Positions 56,501 through 64,000 of a stretch of DNA of 64,000 nt are shown here, in pieces (position 1 is the stretch's first letter; each line of letters opens with the position of its first letter). This DNA comes from Clostridia bacterium (lineage in GTDB: Bacteria; Bacillota; Clostridia; UMGS1883). The notes under the pieces were generated by a model that saw only the letters and a program-made list of their open reading frames with translations, was not told where the DNA came from and ran no database searches. The position numbers and the translations under genes were made by a program. The stretch covers positions 65,042 through 129,041 of the forward strand of contig JAFTOF010000002.1 of assembly GCA_017451505.1 (NCBI GenBank). Reading direction: 5' to 3'.

Positions 56501-58639
56501 TGCCGTGATGCTCAACTTGGAGGAGATACCTCTCTGAACACCTGTAGCTTCGCTTACGTCGATTGTGAGGTTTTTAACTGTAGCAACATCTTCAAATCTA
56601 AATACTGTGTTCCAGTTCTTGTCATCAACAGCACCGGTAAGCTTGATTGTCTTTCCGTTACCATCGATTGTAACAGGAACGGTTATCTTCGCACCGTTAT
56701 AGCGGCAGTCCCAAGCATCGGAAATTGTTACATCAGCAAGAAGTGTAAGAGTTGCACCGCTTGTGAGTGCTTTGAGTGCCGCCTGCAAGTTGAAGTAGAT
56801 ACTACCATTCACCTCGGCTACGTCGTCAGTAGCAGTGATTGTAGCACCCTTTGCTGTTGCGGTTACATTTGTTACAGTCACTTCGGTCATAGTACTGCAC
56901 TCACCGTTACCAGCAATATATCCCATACAATAATCGCTGTCTGATGTAATTTCTACATTTTCAGCTGAAACATTTGTTACGGTATTTCCGTCCTGCAACA
57001 GACCTGCTACCGCGGCAGCTGCACCATAAGCACTCCAAATATCAAGGCCTGAAACGGAGCAGTTGGTGATAGGAGTACCGCCTTCTCCGGCATAACCGAT
57101 GATACCGCCTGCACACCAGTAACCTGCGTGCAGATAGCTACCGTCATTAGCTTTTACATGACAGTTGTCAATATCTGGGTAGCCGTGACCTACTATACCT
57201 CCGACATATCCACAACCAACAACATAAACATCACCGCCAACGGTAACGTTGGATACGATTGAATTGCCACCGGCATTTGCTATAACGCCGCCAACGTAAT
57301 CGCCATGCCCCGTTGTCCAGTGGTTAGTAACGTTTGCAGAAACATCCACATTGTTAAACTTCAAATTCTTAATGGTGGGAGTACAATCTTCGCTATAGTT
57401 ACCGACGCGGGCAAAGAATCCCAAATGGTCGCCATCGGCATTGATGTATAGATTGGATATAGTATGATTACCGCCATCAAAAGTACCCAGAAAAGCCATA
57501 TGATCCCCAACGGAGTTTGTACCAATAGGTTCCCAATTTTCGCCAGCAAGGTCAATGTCAGCATTTAGCTTAACATACTTGCCTTTGAACTGGTTGGAGC
57601 CGTCGGACTGATAGGTGTTGACAGTGTCTCTGAACCAAATCAATTCATTAAGGTTGTTGATAAGATACGGATCTTCTTCCGTTCCTGTACCGCTAAGACC
57701 GGTTGTTACCTTTACTACAGTACCATCAATGCTTCCACTTGTAATAGTAGGTTCTTTATCAACACTAACGGTTGAATCAGCGGAAACTGTTACCGTCTGA
57801 TTTCCGCGTACATCAATAGTAGCCTCCTGAGAGTTGGTAATAGTTACGGAAGAACCATTTATATTAACATCACCACACACTGCAGTAATACCGCGGCCAC
57901 TCAAATTAGACATAGTAATTGTAGAGTTATCTATAGTCAAAGGACTATAGTTGAAACCATGTTTCATTTCATCATCTACACCGTCAGCGTCACCGGAAAT
58001 TGTTAGTGTGGAATCTTCAATTGTTGTATCAGCATATGTAACTACACGACGTACATTGTGCAAGTCCATAGTAGCACCGATGATGTTGAGAGTTGCACTT
58101 TCGCTGTCAGCTTTAAATACTCCGCCTGCACTGTATTTATCATTAGAGAGAGTCCATGTTCCGCCGTTTACATTAAGCACACTGGAAGCACCAATGTAGA
58201 ATATACCAAATGCGGAACTGTAGTTGCTGCCTGTTACATTAACATTGTTGAGTGTTACAGTTGTTACGAGTGTTTTCTCATATTCGTCAATGCGGAAAAT
58301 TGCATTAGCACTTGCAACTACACCGTCAATATTAATTGTACCATTCTCAAACGTAAGATTAGTAACATCCTCGAATCTGTTATCACCTGCACGAACATTA
58401 AGTGTTTTTCCGTTCAGGTCAATTGTTGCAGTTACGCCGGAAGTAGTTATTGCTGATGTGATTGTGATATCAGTTCCCAGCTTAACTGTGCCGCCAACTG
58501 TAAGAGCAGCTTTAAGATCTGCTTCAGTATTGACTACTGCTGCAGTGCTTTCCTCCGCCATTGCCGTGATGCCGACACAACCGAGTGCCATTATCATTGC
58601 AACAAGCAAAGATAAAATTCTTTTCATTTCTTGTATCAT
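53516..58639 (-). CDS. Giant secreted protein (1707 aa) with parallel beta-helix-type repeats and a GLUG-motif region; no recognisable wall anchor
   Basis: Signal peptide MKRILSLLVAMIMALGCVGITAMA. Ser/Thr/Asn/Gly/Val-rich beta-helix-like repeats. FLGTFDGGNHTISNLYI followed by YVGGVIANAGG / YVGGIVGHG / CAGGIIGYAGEG (GLUG-type). No LPXTG, SLH, dockerin or C-terminal TM. Confidence 0.8.
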   Translation of the reverse strand: MIQEMKRILSLLVAMIMALGCVGITAMAEESTAAVVNTEADLKAALTVGGTVKLGTDITITSAITTSGVTATIDLNGKTLNVRAGDNRFEDVTNLTFENGTINIDGVVASANAIFRIDEYEKTLVTTVTLNNVNVTGSNYSSAFGIFYIGASSVLNVNGGTWTLSNDKYSAGGVFKADSESATLNIIGATMDLHNVRRVVTYADTTIEDSTLTISGDADGVDDEMKHGFNYSPLTIDNSTITMSNLSGRGITAVCGDVNINGSSVTITNSQEATIDVRGNQTVTVSADSTVSVDKEPTITSGSIDGTVVKVTTGLSGTGTEEDPYLINNLNELIWFRDTVNTYQSDGSNQFKGKYVKLNADIDLAGENWEPIGTNSVGDHMAFLGTFDGGNHTISNLYINADGDHLGFFARVGNYSEDCTPTIKNLKFNNVDVSANVTNHWTTGHGDYVGGVIANAGGNSIVSNVTVGGDVYVVGCGYVGGIVGHGYPDIDNCHVKANDGSYLHAGYWCAGGIIGYAGEGGTPITNCSVSGLDIWSAYGAAAAVAGLLQDGNTVTNVSAENVEITSDSDYCMGYIAGNGECSTMTEVTVTNVTATAKGATITATDDVAEVNGSIYFNLQAALKALTSGATLTLLADVTISDAWDCRYNGAKITVPVTIDGNGKTIKLTGAVDDKNWNTVFRFEDVATVKNLTIDVSEATGVQRGISSKLSITAENCKFIGNGSSSKRAIIFGEGAGDALSNVTATITGCTFTNWSYGVSDNQSGKDAKSVSVTGSNFNNASALVSASEAVTFTGNTVNNGYVNIKSYTADNTCNVTATGNTLDLTKGDDNKIDAGGEITAQDEFYIPAKGSNSLAYTKEVDGYVRVWGQSENTNAAESFVLKLYSEDTLMATTVLNDVNNIIDGSQDSVTWNFFYPESNDDYWTTTWEKGHPNALNKPTKVELYIDGTLVSTTAAQMNGADGVNPVVWEDLGGVRAIELPTATVTEIKNDELTFALNFKADEASEAQLAYYGDWFADYVLTVNKDVTFNANGGADGYLSGQYDAWSENWVNVPFEDVTLKANEPIKIMEYAAYIMGQSGLKLTYNDVYGFVKDFNCGVFFEEEFLAKNPDFEVTLELRMYNPKDESESYTIGEKYKFAASNIAKPVAKIGETTYDSLENALAAAKDGETVTLIWAEGDAPIAMNGAVFGKSVTITGTADVDWSKGFLFVGRGGEGNGTLTFDKANLTSASGQSPTGIGIHVSGREKNTNNKYDGTVIIKDSVIDLDYLINKGTMTLDNSTLTVKHGFSVGGRPASETESGVDATATITLNNNSKVIVNNHNGMGLGYEALGVMNIDATSEFETTQSFLVTEKGTMNIVGTAKIAGTLTNKGTINLKDVNATITAQEGVEVNSTVDGYEVDYTDGKYSLKEIEEVEKFKLALTNATLGNSLAINFIYAKSDIVGTDYVAKIKHTTATGVEEKEIPYTAWVSNGDYIYIPYDGISAKQMGDVVEITICKTDGTAVSETETESLENYAINYFNYYKNDSSMKLWKQAIADMLNYGAAAQTYFGYNADKLVNVTAADNVAEYASTKVNYAGEYKSGGEGAYATSLNLDNKIELIALFTGVTDDMTAKVEFTNHNGDSYSYEAELKKNGRYHEVIVDKLVIADINQPVKITVYNADGSEYAWIQDSINEYLGYIQNTGEADPLFEMASKFATSAYAAMHAND

Positions 58640-58770
58640 CCTTTCCTTTAGATGTCTGCGGTTCTTACCGTCACCGCTTCGGGCAGAAATTGTCTTTTAT
58701 TTAAGGCTGCTGCTTCTGCACATACGCAGCCCTTGGGACAACTCCCATCTATATTAACCCCTGTGGGGAA

Positions 58771-59049
58771 TTACATTCTTTCTCTCCGTTTTTGCCCTCT
58801 TTTTCTGCTCATATTAACAAGGTGCTTACCCACCAAAGGAATCATACTAAGATACAGCCTTTTCATTTCGTGTTGCCAATGAATCCGTTCATTCCCGTGA
58901 GAACGCATTATTTCAAGCTTGATGAAATCGCGGTCATCTGCAAAGGGAAGATATACGCACGTAATAAATTTCATCATCAAAATAATAAAAATCAAAATTA
59001 CCAGGCATATGCCCAAAACCACTACTAATAAATCTGCTCTTGTATACAT
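58771..59049 (-). CDS. Small single-pass membrane protein with basic C-terminus, unknown function
   Basis: 92 aa; one N-terminal TM helix (LLVVVLGICLVILIFIILMM). GGAGTG RBS-like element lies 9 nt upstream. Between the TetR gene and the giant gene. Confidence 0.4.
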   Translation of the reverse strand: MYTRADLLVVVLGICLVILIFIILMMKFITCVYLPFADDRDFIKLEIMRSHGNERIHWQHEMKRLYLSMIPLVGKHLVNMSRKRGQKRRERM

Positions 59050-59131
59050 TAATTCATCACTCCAAAAGATGTCACACTACGATGTCCTTTTGTCGCCAAA
59101 AGGACCAAAAACGCCGGGATTGTTTTTAATT

Positions 59132-59695
59132 TCAAATTTTAACCGTTTGCAACGTTAAAATTGTATTGTACAAAAACTTCATCTGCATATCGGAGGCTTC
59201 CCTATCCTCCCACACACAGTAATCAACCAGAATCGAAATCAGCATATATATGATTGGTGCCATCATTTCAGGCTTGATGTTTGTGAGCTGTGACAGCTCG
59301 ATTATGTATTTTTCATATACTGCTTTAAATTCCTCGGTTTTTGCTTGCACTGCTTTACCATAGTCGGGACTGGTGGCAAACTGGAAAACACGCCTCATCT
59401 CTTTGCGGTACTTATCAACCTCGTCAAGGAAAGTGTCAAAGAAAAGTTTCGGATCGTGCATTCTTTCAAATGCTACCTTAAAAAGTTTGTCCGCAACCTT
59501 TTCCACTCCGTATTTAACCACGTTTATGTAGATATCCTCTTTTCCGTCAAACCAATAGTACAAGCTGCCGTAGGAAACCCCCATTGCTTTGCATAAATCA
59601 CGCACTGAGGTGTTTTCCAATCCGTTTTCTACCAGATATTGAAATGAAGGCTCCAGAAATTCTTTTTCAATATCCTTTACAACCTGATTTCGCAT
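59132..59695 (-). CDS. TetR/AcrR-family transcriptional regulator
   Basis: N-terminal HTH TSVRDLCKAMGVSYGSLYYWFDGKEDIY. GGAGA RBS lies 5 nt before ATG 59695; the track ORF starts at 59737. Confidence 0.85.
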   Translation of the reverse strand: MRNQVVKDIEKEFLEPSFQYLVENGLENTSVRDLCKAMGVSYGSLYYWFDGKEDIYINVVKYGVEKVADKLFKVAFERMHDPKLFFDTFLDEVDKYRKEMRRVFQFATSPDYGKAVQAKTEEFKAVYEKYIIELSQLTNIKPEMMAPIIYMLISILVDYCVWEDREASDMQMKFLYNTILTLQTVKI

Positions 59696-59782
59696 AATTT
59701 TCTCCTTTTTAAGCAGCCGCTTTTCTTTTTTGAACACTTGCTATGAAAGCTTCAAAAAAAAATGCCACTGTATAATTATATG

Positions 59783-59806
59783 ACCACATAATCGAAATTA
59801 TGCGGT
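59783..59806. repeat. Palindromic 24-bp site, copy L1 (10-4-10)
   Basis: ACCACATAAT-CGAA-ATTATGCGGT; one mismatch to copies L2 and R. Confidence 0.85.
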
Positions 59807-59815
59807 AAAAACCTA

Positions 59816-59843
59816 GAACCACATAATCGAAATTATGTGGTTC
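59816..59843. repeat. Palindromic site, copy L2 (24-bp core, extends to a 28-bp 11-6-11 palindrome)
   Basis: GAACCACATAA-TCGAAA-TTATGTGGTTC. Core 59818-59841; same centre orientation as L1, 35 bp away. Confidence 0.85.
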
Positions 59844-59939
59844 TAAGGTCAAAATTTAATACAGCTGGCATTCTTTTTTTGTAAAAGGAGGGCTCCTTGG
59901 GTTAGTTGACAGGTTGTTTTTAAGAAAAAGCGGCATGGT

Positions 59940-59980
59940 AAACAGACCAATATGTGTAAAATAGATACATTGGTCTGTTT
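59940..59980. other. Perfect 12-bp hairpin inside the bracketed segment
   Basis: AAACAGACCAAT-n17-ATTGGTCTGTTT. Confidence 0.7.
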
Positions 59981-60036
59981 GCCATACACGTTTTTTTGCA
60001 TTTTAACTAAACTTGGTGTAAATTCTATGTATGTAC

Positions 60037-60065
60037 TTGACAAACAAACTCCCCAATGTTATAAT
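60037..60065 (+). promoter_or_regulatory. Perfect consensus sigma-A promoter inside the bracketed segment, currently reading rightward (+)
   Basis: TTGACA (60037-60042), 17-nt spacer ending in TGT (extended -10), TATAAT (60060-60065). Confidence 0.75.
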
Positions 60066-60100
60066 ATTCCTGCAAATTAGACGTTCTCTTGTGTTGAGTT

Positions 60101-60124
60101 ACCACATAATTTCGATTATGTGGT
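60101..60124. repeat. Palindromic 24-bp site, copy R (inverted centre)
   Basis: ACCACATAAT-TTCG-ATTATGTGGT is the exact reverse complement of the L2 core. It lies 13 nt beyond the recombinase stop. Confidence 0.85.
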
Positions 60125-60136
60125 ATTTTTATTTTG

Positions 60137-60976
60137 TCAGCAAATCAAAAGCCCCAGCCTTTGAATTTGCACCCTGTGAACATCACCTGTTTCCATTGTG
60201 TAAATTCTTGTAGTGTTGATTCCCGAATGTCCTAAAATATCCGCAAGGCGGACTATATCCTTCTCTATCGAGTAGTAGGTGCGTGCAAACAAGTGCCGAA
60301 GATTGTGTGGGAAAACCTTACTTTGCAAAACACCTGCATCTTCGCAGAGTTTTTTCATATCGTGGCAGATATTACTGCGGTCAAGAGGCTTTCCGCTTCT
60401 TGTTATGAAAACACTTCCGCTTTGAATTTTTCTTTCCTTTACATATTTGAACAATATTTTACATAAGTCTTGCGGCAAAAGCACCCGACGGTGTTTTCCT
60501 TTGCAGTTAATGTGTGCTTCTTTGCACCTTATTGCCTCCACGGTAATAAACCTCAGCTCAGAAACACGGATTCCCGTAGAGCAGATTGTCTGCATCAACA
60601 GATAAAGTCTTTCATTATTCTTGTTTTTCGCTGCACGGAGCAGTTTTTCATATTCTGCCTTGCTAAGCTCTTTTTCCTTATCTGCAAATATGTTTCTCTG
60701 GATTTTTAAGAGTTTCACTTGTAATTCAGTTTTTTCTGAATATTTGAAAAACATATTCAGTGAAGACAGCATTGAATTAACACTTGCGGGGGAATGTGTT
60801 TCAATAAGCTCTCTTTTATACTCTAATACCGCTTGCTTCGTAATCTCTTTTTGTCTGAGCCATTTTCTGAAGGCTTCTACATCATGCAGATATTTGGTTA
60901 TTGTTGCCTCGGCTCTTTCCTCGTCAAACAAATGCTGTCTAAAATCATCCATCATTTCTAATGTGATTTTATACAA
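60137..60976 (-). CDS. Tyrosine recombinase (phage-integrase/Xer-like), candidate invertase
   Basis: SAM-like N-domain (ITKYLHDVEAFRKWL); STGIRVSEL (Arg I); HNLRHLFA (H-x-x-R); LGHSGINTTRIYT (catalytic Tyr). Start is TTG 60976 (AGGAG 8 nt upstream) or ATG 60955. The track ORF extension to 61162 is unlikely. Confidence 0.85.
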   Translation of the reverse strand: MYKITLEMMDDFRQHLFDEERAEATITKYLHDVEAFRKWLRQKEITKQAVLEYKRELIETHSPASVNSMLSSLNMFFKYSEKTELQVKLLKIQRNIFADKEKELSKAEYEKLLRAAKNKNNERLYLLMQTICSTGIRVSELRFITVEAIRCKEAHINCKGKHRRVLLPQDLCKILFKYVKERKIQSGSVFITRSGKPLDRSNICHDMKKLCEDAGVLQSKVFPHNLRHLFARTYYSIEKDIVRLADILGHSGINTTRIYTMETGDVHRVQIQRLGLLIC

Positions 60977-61108
60977 TTCATCATCTCCTAAATAAAAAGA
61001 TATTTTTATTTTAACACACCTTTTGCATTTTATAAATACTTTGGTTGTTTTTTTGGTCTGTTTGATTAAAAGCATGCATATATTTATTCTGACAAAGGAG
61101 GAATTTTT

Positions 61109-62422
61109 ATGCAGGCAGAACATCCAAGACATGGCGGTTTTATCATATCTCCTTTTGGGCAAGCCGTCCCCAAAATGCAGACAAAAGCAATCCCACGCAG
61201 AAAGAGATTCAGCATGGAAGTTTTCACAGCACCGATTTTCTCATTTATGACAGAGTGCAGAGAGCAGTGCAGTATTATATTTCATAATTTCACAAAGCAC
61301 ATATTGTCGTTAGGAATATGGATATGCTGTGTGTTGGTTTTTTTCAAATTTTTCACCTTCGGGACAGGTATATATTATAATGGAAAGCAAATCGCAGTAA
61401 CGTCAGGGACAGCAAACTATGAGGTTGCGGCTCAGGCTGCCAACACTTTTTTATCCTCAAAAAATCTTAAGGGCATAAATCTGCAGTTTATCACTGTGCC
61501 CACGCTTAGTTTACGCAGTAATATAAAAAACGGCAACTCGCTTCGTGACAGTCTTCTTTTATCTTTCCCGAAGCTTAGCCGAGGATGCACGGTCTATTCT
61601 GATGACACAGCCATTTTCACCGCCAAGGATAAGTCGGCGGCTCAAAAGGTCGTTGAAAAATATATTTTGGAATGCAGCGTTGACTCTGATGCAAAAATTA
61701 CTACCAATATAACATATAAAACAAACATTGTGGAAAAGGGCAGCATTTCAGATTTTGAAAAGTGCAGTCTTCTTCTTCAAAACAGCAATCAAGTGAAAGT
61801 AATAAGCGTTGTAAACACAACTGAAAATCAAAATATCCCTTTTGATACAAAATCTACACAGGACAATTCCCTTTACATAGGCGAATCCGTTACAGTAACA
61901 GAGGGAAAAGAGGGCACAGCACAGATAGAGGCTGAAACAGTTTATGAAAATGGCACGCCTCAATCAAGGCGGATTCTTTCGGAAAATGTTCTCATCACAC
62001 CTGTAGCACGGGTTGTCCGTGTGGGGACAAAAGAAAAGGACGTCTTAAAAACGGGGTTGTTTTACCCTTTGCAGGGCGTAGTTTCATCCCCTTATGGTGA
62101 GCGTTGGGGAAAAATACATGAGGGAATTGACATAGCCGTACCGGAGGGCACTCCCGTGTTAGCCGCAGAATGCGGCAGGGTTATATATGCAGGAGATGGG
62201 GGAACTTACGGAAACTTAGTACGCATTGACCATGGCTACGGAGTTGTCACCGCATATGCCCACCTCGGTACAATTAATGTAAAAGCAGGGCAAAGTGTGG
62301 GGGCAAACACGCAAATTGCCCTGAGCGGAAACACAGGGCGTTCTACGGGACCGCACCTGCATTTTGAAGTTGTGAATAATGATACGCCTGTAGACCCCAA
62401 TTTGTATTTGAAAAAGCGATGA
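61109..62422 (+). CDS. Membrane-anchored G5-domain M23 peptidoglycan metalloendopeptidase
   Basis: AAGGAGG RBS lies 7 nt before the ATG. One TM helix (ILSLGIWICCVLVFFKFF); G5-like segment (YENGTPQSRRILSENVLITPVARVVRVGTKE); M23 motifs HEGIDIA and GPHLHFEV. Confidence 0.8.
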   Translation: MQAEHPRHGGFIISPFGQAVPKMQTKAIPRRKRFSMEVFTAPIFSFMTECREQCSIIFHNFTKHILSLGIWICCVLVFFKFFTFGTGIYYNGKQIAVTSGTANYEVAAQAANTFLSSKNLKGINLQFITVPTLSLRSNIKNGNSLRDSLLLSFPKLSRGCTVYSDDTAIFTAKDKSAAQKVVEKYILECSVDSDAKITTNITYKTNIVEKGSISDFEKCSLLLQNSNQVKVISVVNTTENQNIPFDTKSTQDNSLYIGESVTVTEGKEGTAQIEAETVYENGTPQSRRILSENVLITPVARVVRVGTKEKDVLKTGLFYPLQGVVSSPYGERWGKIHEGIDIAVPEGTPVLAAECGRVIYAGDGGTYGNLVRIDHGYGVVTAYAHLGTINVKAGQSVGANTQIALSGNTGRSTGPHLHFEVVNNDTPVDPNLYLKKR

Positions 62423-62430
62423 TTTCACTT

Positions 62431-62466
62431 AAAACAAAATGTCCCATATAAGGGACATTTTGTTTT
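62431..62466. terminator. Bidirectional intrinsic terminator
   Basis: AAAACAAAATGTCCC-atataa-GGGACATTTTGTTTT. Confidence 0.75.
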
Positions 62467-63040
62467 AAGGAATATACAGTTGTTTCGTCTTTTTATCTAC
62501 ACATACTATAACATAGCCGTTTTGGGTTAATTTCATTTTACCCAGAAATTCCAAAGGATTTGGTTCATCATCACTGCATTTAAGGGCGACTGCTGCCGTG
62601 CCGTCTCCCTCACCCACCCAATAGTGACCGTACTTTTTATAGTTATGATAAACATCTTTATTGCTGATAATAAATCTTAGTTCGCGGCACAAGTCGTTAT
62701 AATTTTTTGATTCGATTTTCTTCCAGTTTATCCCCGGAATATCAAAGGGGCTGCTTTGCTTTTTTAAAAATGCGGTGTTTTCGCCGTATTTTCCTATAAG
62801 CATCTGCCTTCCGCCCTGTGTAATCAGAATTCCGCTATGCCTTGTGGTATCAATCTGTTTATTTAGTTTTCCGTCCACAATGTTTCCGATTGGTACTGCT
62901 TCTCCCCCTATAAGCCACGCTTTCAGACTTCCGTTAATTCCGCTTATTTCAATTTCAACGCTTTGGGGAGATATTTTGGCACTTCCTCTGCCAATATCGG
63001 CGAGCTGAAGAAGCTCTATCCTTTTTTCCATTATATTCAC
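62465..63040 (-). CDS. Hypothetical cytoplasmic protein (191 aa)
   Basis: Clean ORF bounded by a terminator; no motif I can assign. Confidence 0.5.
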   Translation of the reverse strand: MNIMEKRIELLQLADIGRGSAKISPQSVEIEISGINGSLKAWLIGGEAVPIGNIVDGKLNKQIDTTRHSGILITQGGRQMLIGKYGENTAFLKKQSSPFDIPGINWKKIESKNYNDLCRELRFIISNKDVYHNYKKYGHYWVGEGDGTAAVALKCSDDEPNPLEFLGKMKLTQNGYVIVCVDKKTKQLYIP

Positions 63041-63176
63041 AACCTTTCTATCACAGATTATGGAATATTTAATCTAATTATGAATTAAAAGAAAATTTTT
63101 CCTTATATGTGTTGCTTTTTTTTTCAAATATGTTAATATATATATTTGTAGACTACTATAGTTTATTATATTTTAG

Positions 63177-63473
<297 letters not shown>

Positions 63474-63485
63474 TTAAAGGAGTGA

Positions 63486-64000
<515 letters not shown>

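Noticed and set aside
54920-58757. Several plus- and minus-strand ORFs (60-177 aa) inside the giant gene
   Set aside because: All are nested in or antisense to the continuous 1707-aa frame. Their repetitive Ser/Thr/Val composition mirrors the sense strand.
58640-58770. c-di-GMP or other riboswitch in the leader of the giant gene
   Set aside because: Some short hairpins exist (CCCC-aca-GGGG and the AAGGCTGC...GCAGCC stem), but nothing matches GEMM-I/II or any other consensus I know.
59849-60213. ORFs 59849-60043 (minus strand) and 60031-60213 (plus strand) inside or across the bracketed segment
   Set aside because: Neither has an RBS. Both cross the consensus promoter or the palindromic sites, and the plus-strand one starts upstream of the promoter that would have to transcribe it.
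60977-61162. N-terminal extension of the recombinase ORF to 61162
   Set aside because: The extension overlaps the RBS and start of the divergent M23 gene and is Lys/Cys-rich junk. A good AGGAG-TTG (60976) or ATG (60955) start gives a normal-length recombinase.

Overview
This window looks like a low-GC, spore-forming Firmicute (Clostridia-type) chromosome; that assignment is inferred from gene content (SASP, SpoIIM-like, Cheo-box SOS promoter, T-box, FtsEX, CdaA/CdaR). About 90% is coding, mostly on the minus strand. Conserved blocks are a divisome/cell-wall cluster (ftsE-ftsX, coiled-coil M23 peptidase, S41 protease, PBP5-like protein), cdaA-cdaR, ruvCAB, a U32 peptidase/O-methyltransferase pair, a complete pyrCKDFEBI cluster, tRNA-Leu(CAG), azlCD, metF plus a split metH, a Trp T-box controlling a stand-alone trpB, pflBA behind a ZTP (pfl-motif) riboswitch, xerD, tsaEB, rpiB, nrdR and groESL. 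The most unusual region is 52.3-62.4 kb. A tyrosine recombinase gene sits next to three copies of a 24-bp lox/dif-like palindrome (two direct, one inverted). These bracket a ~260-bp segment carrying a perfect consensus promoter that currently points away from a TetR gene and a 1707-aa secreted beta-helix/GLUG protein. That operon also holds an untracked 56-aa ORF, a polytopic membrane protein and a Cys-rich miniprotein. I read this as a candidate phase-variable (invertible) switch, with TetR operators or terminator hairpins as explicit alternatives. Other observations:
- a three-copy dispersed ~90-nt intergenic repeat, one copy of which supplies the metH C-terminus
- a 275-bp element bounded by terminal inverted repeats inside the pyr operon
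- two inverted arrays of 7-bp tandem repeats upstream of nrdR
- a PBP5 homologue lacking the catalytic Ser and Lys
- an SOS-controlled YneA-like LysM gene

All family assignments come from motif reading by eye; no searches were run.
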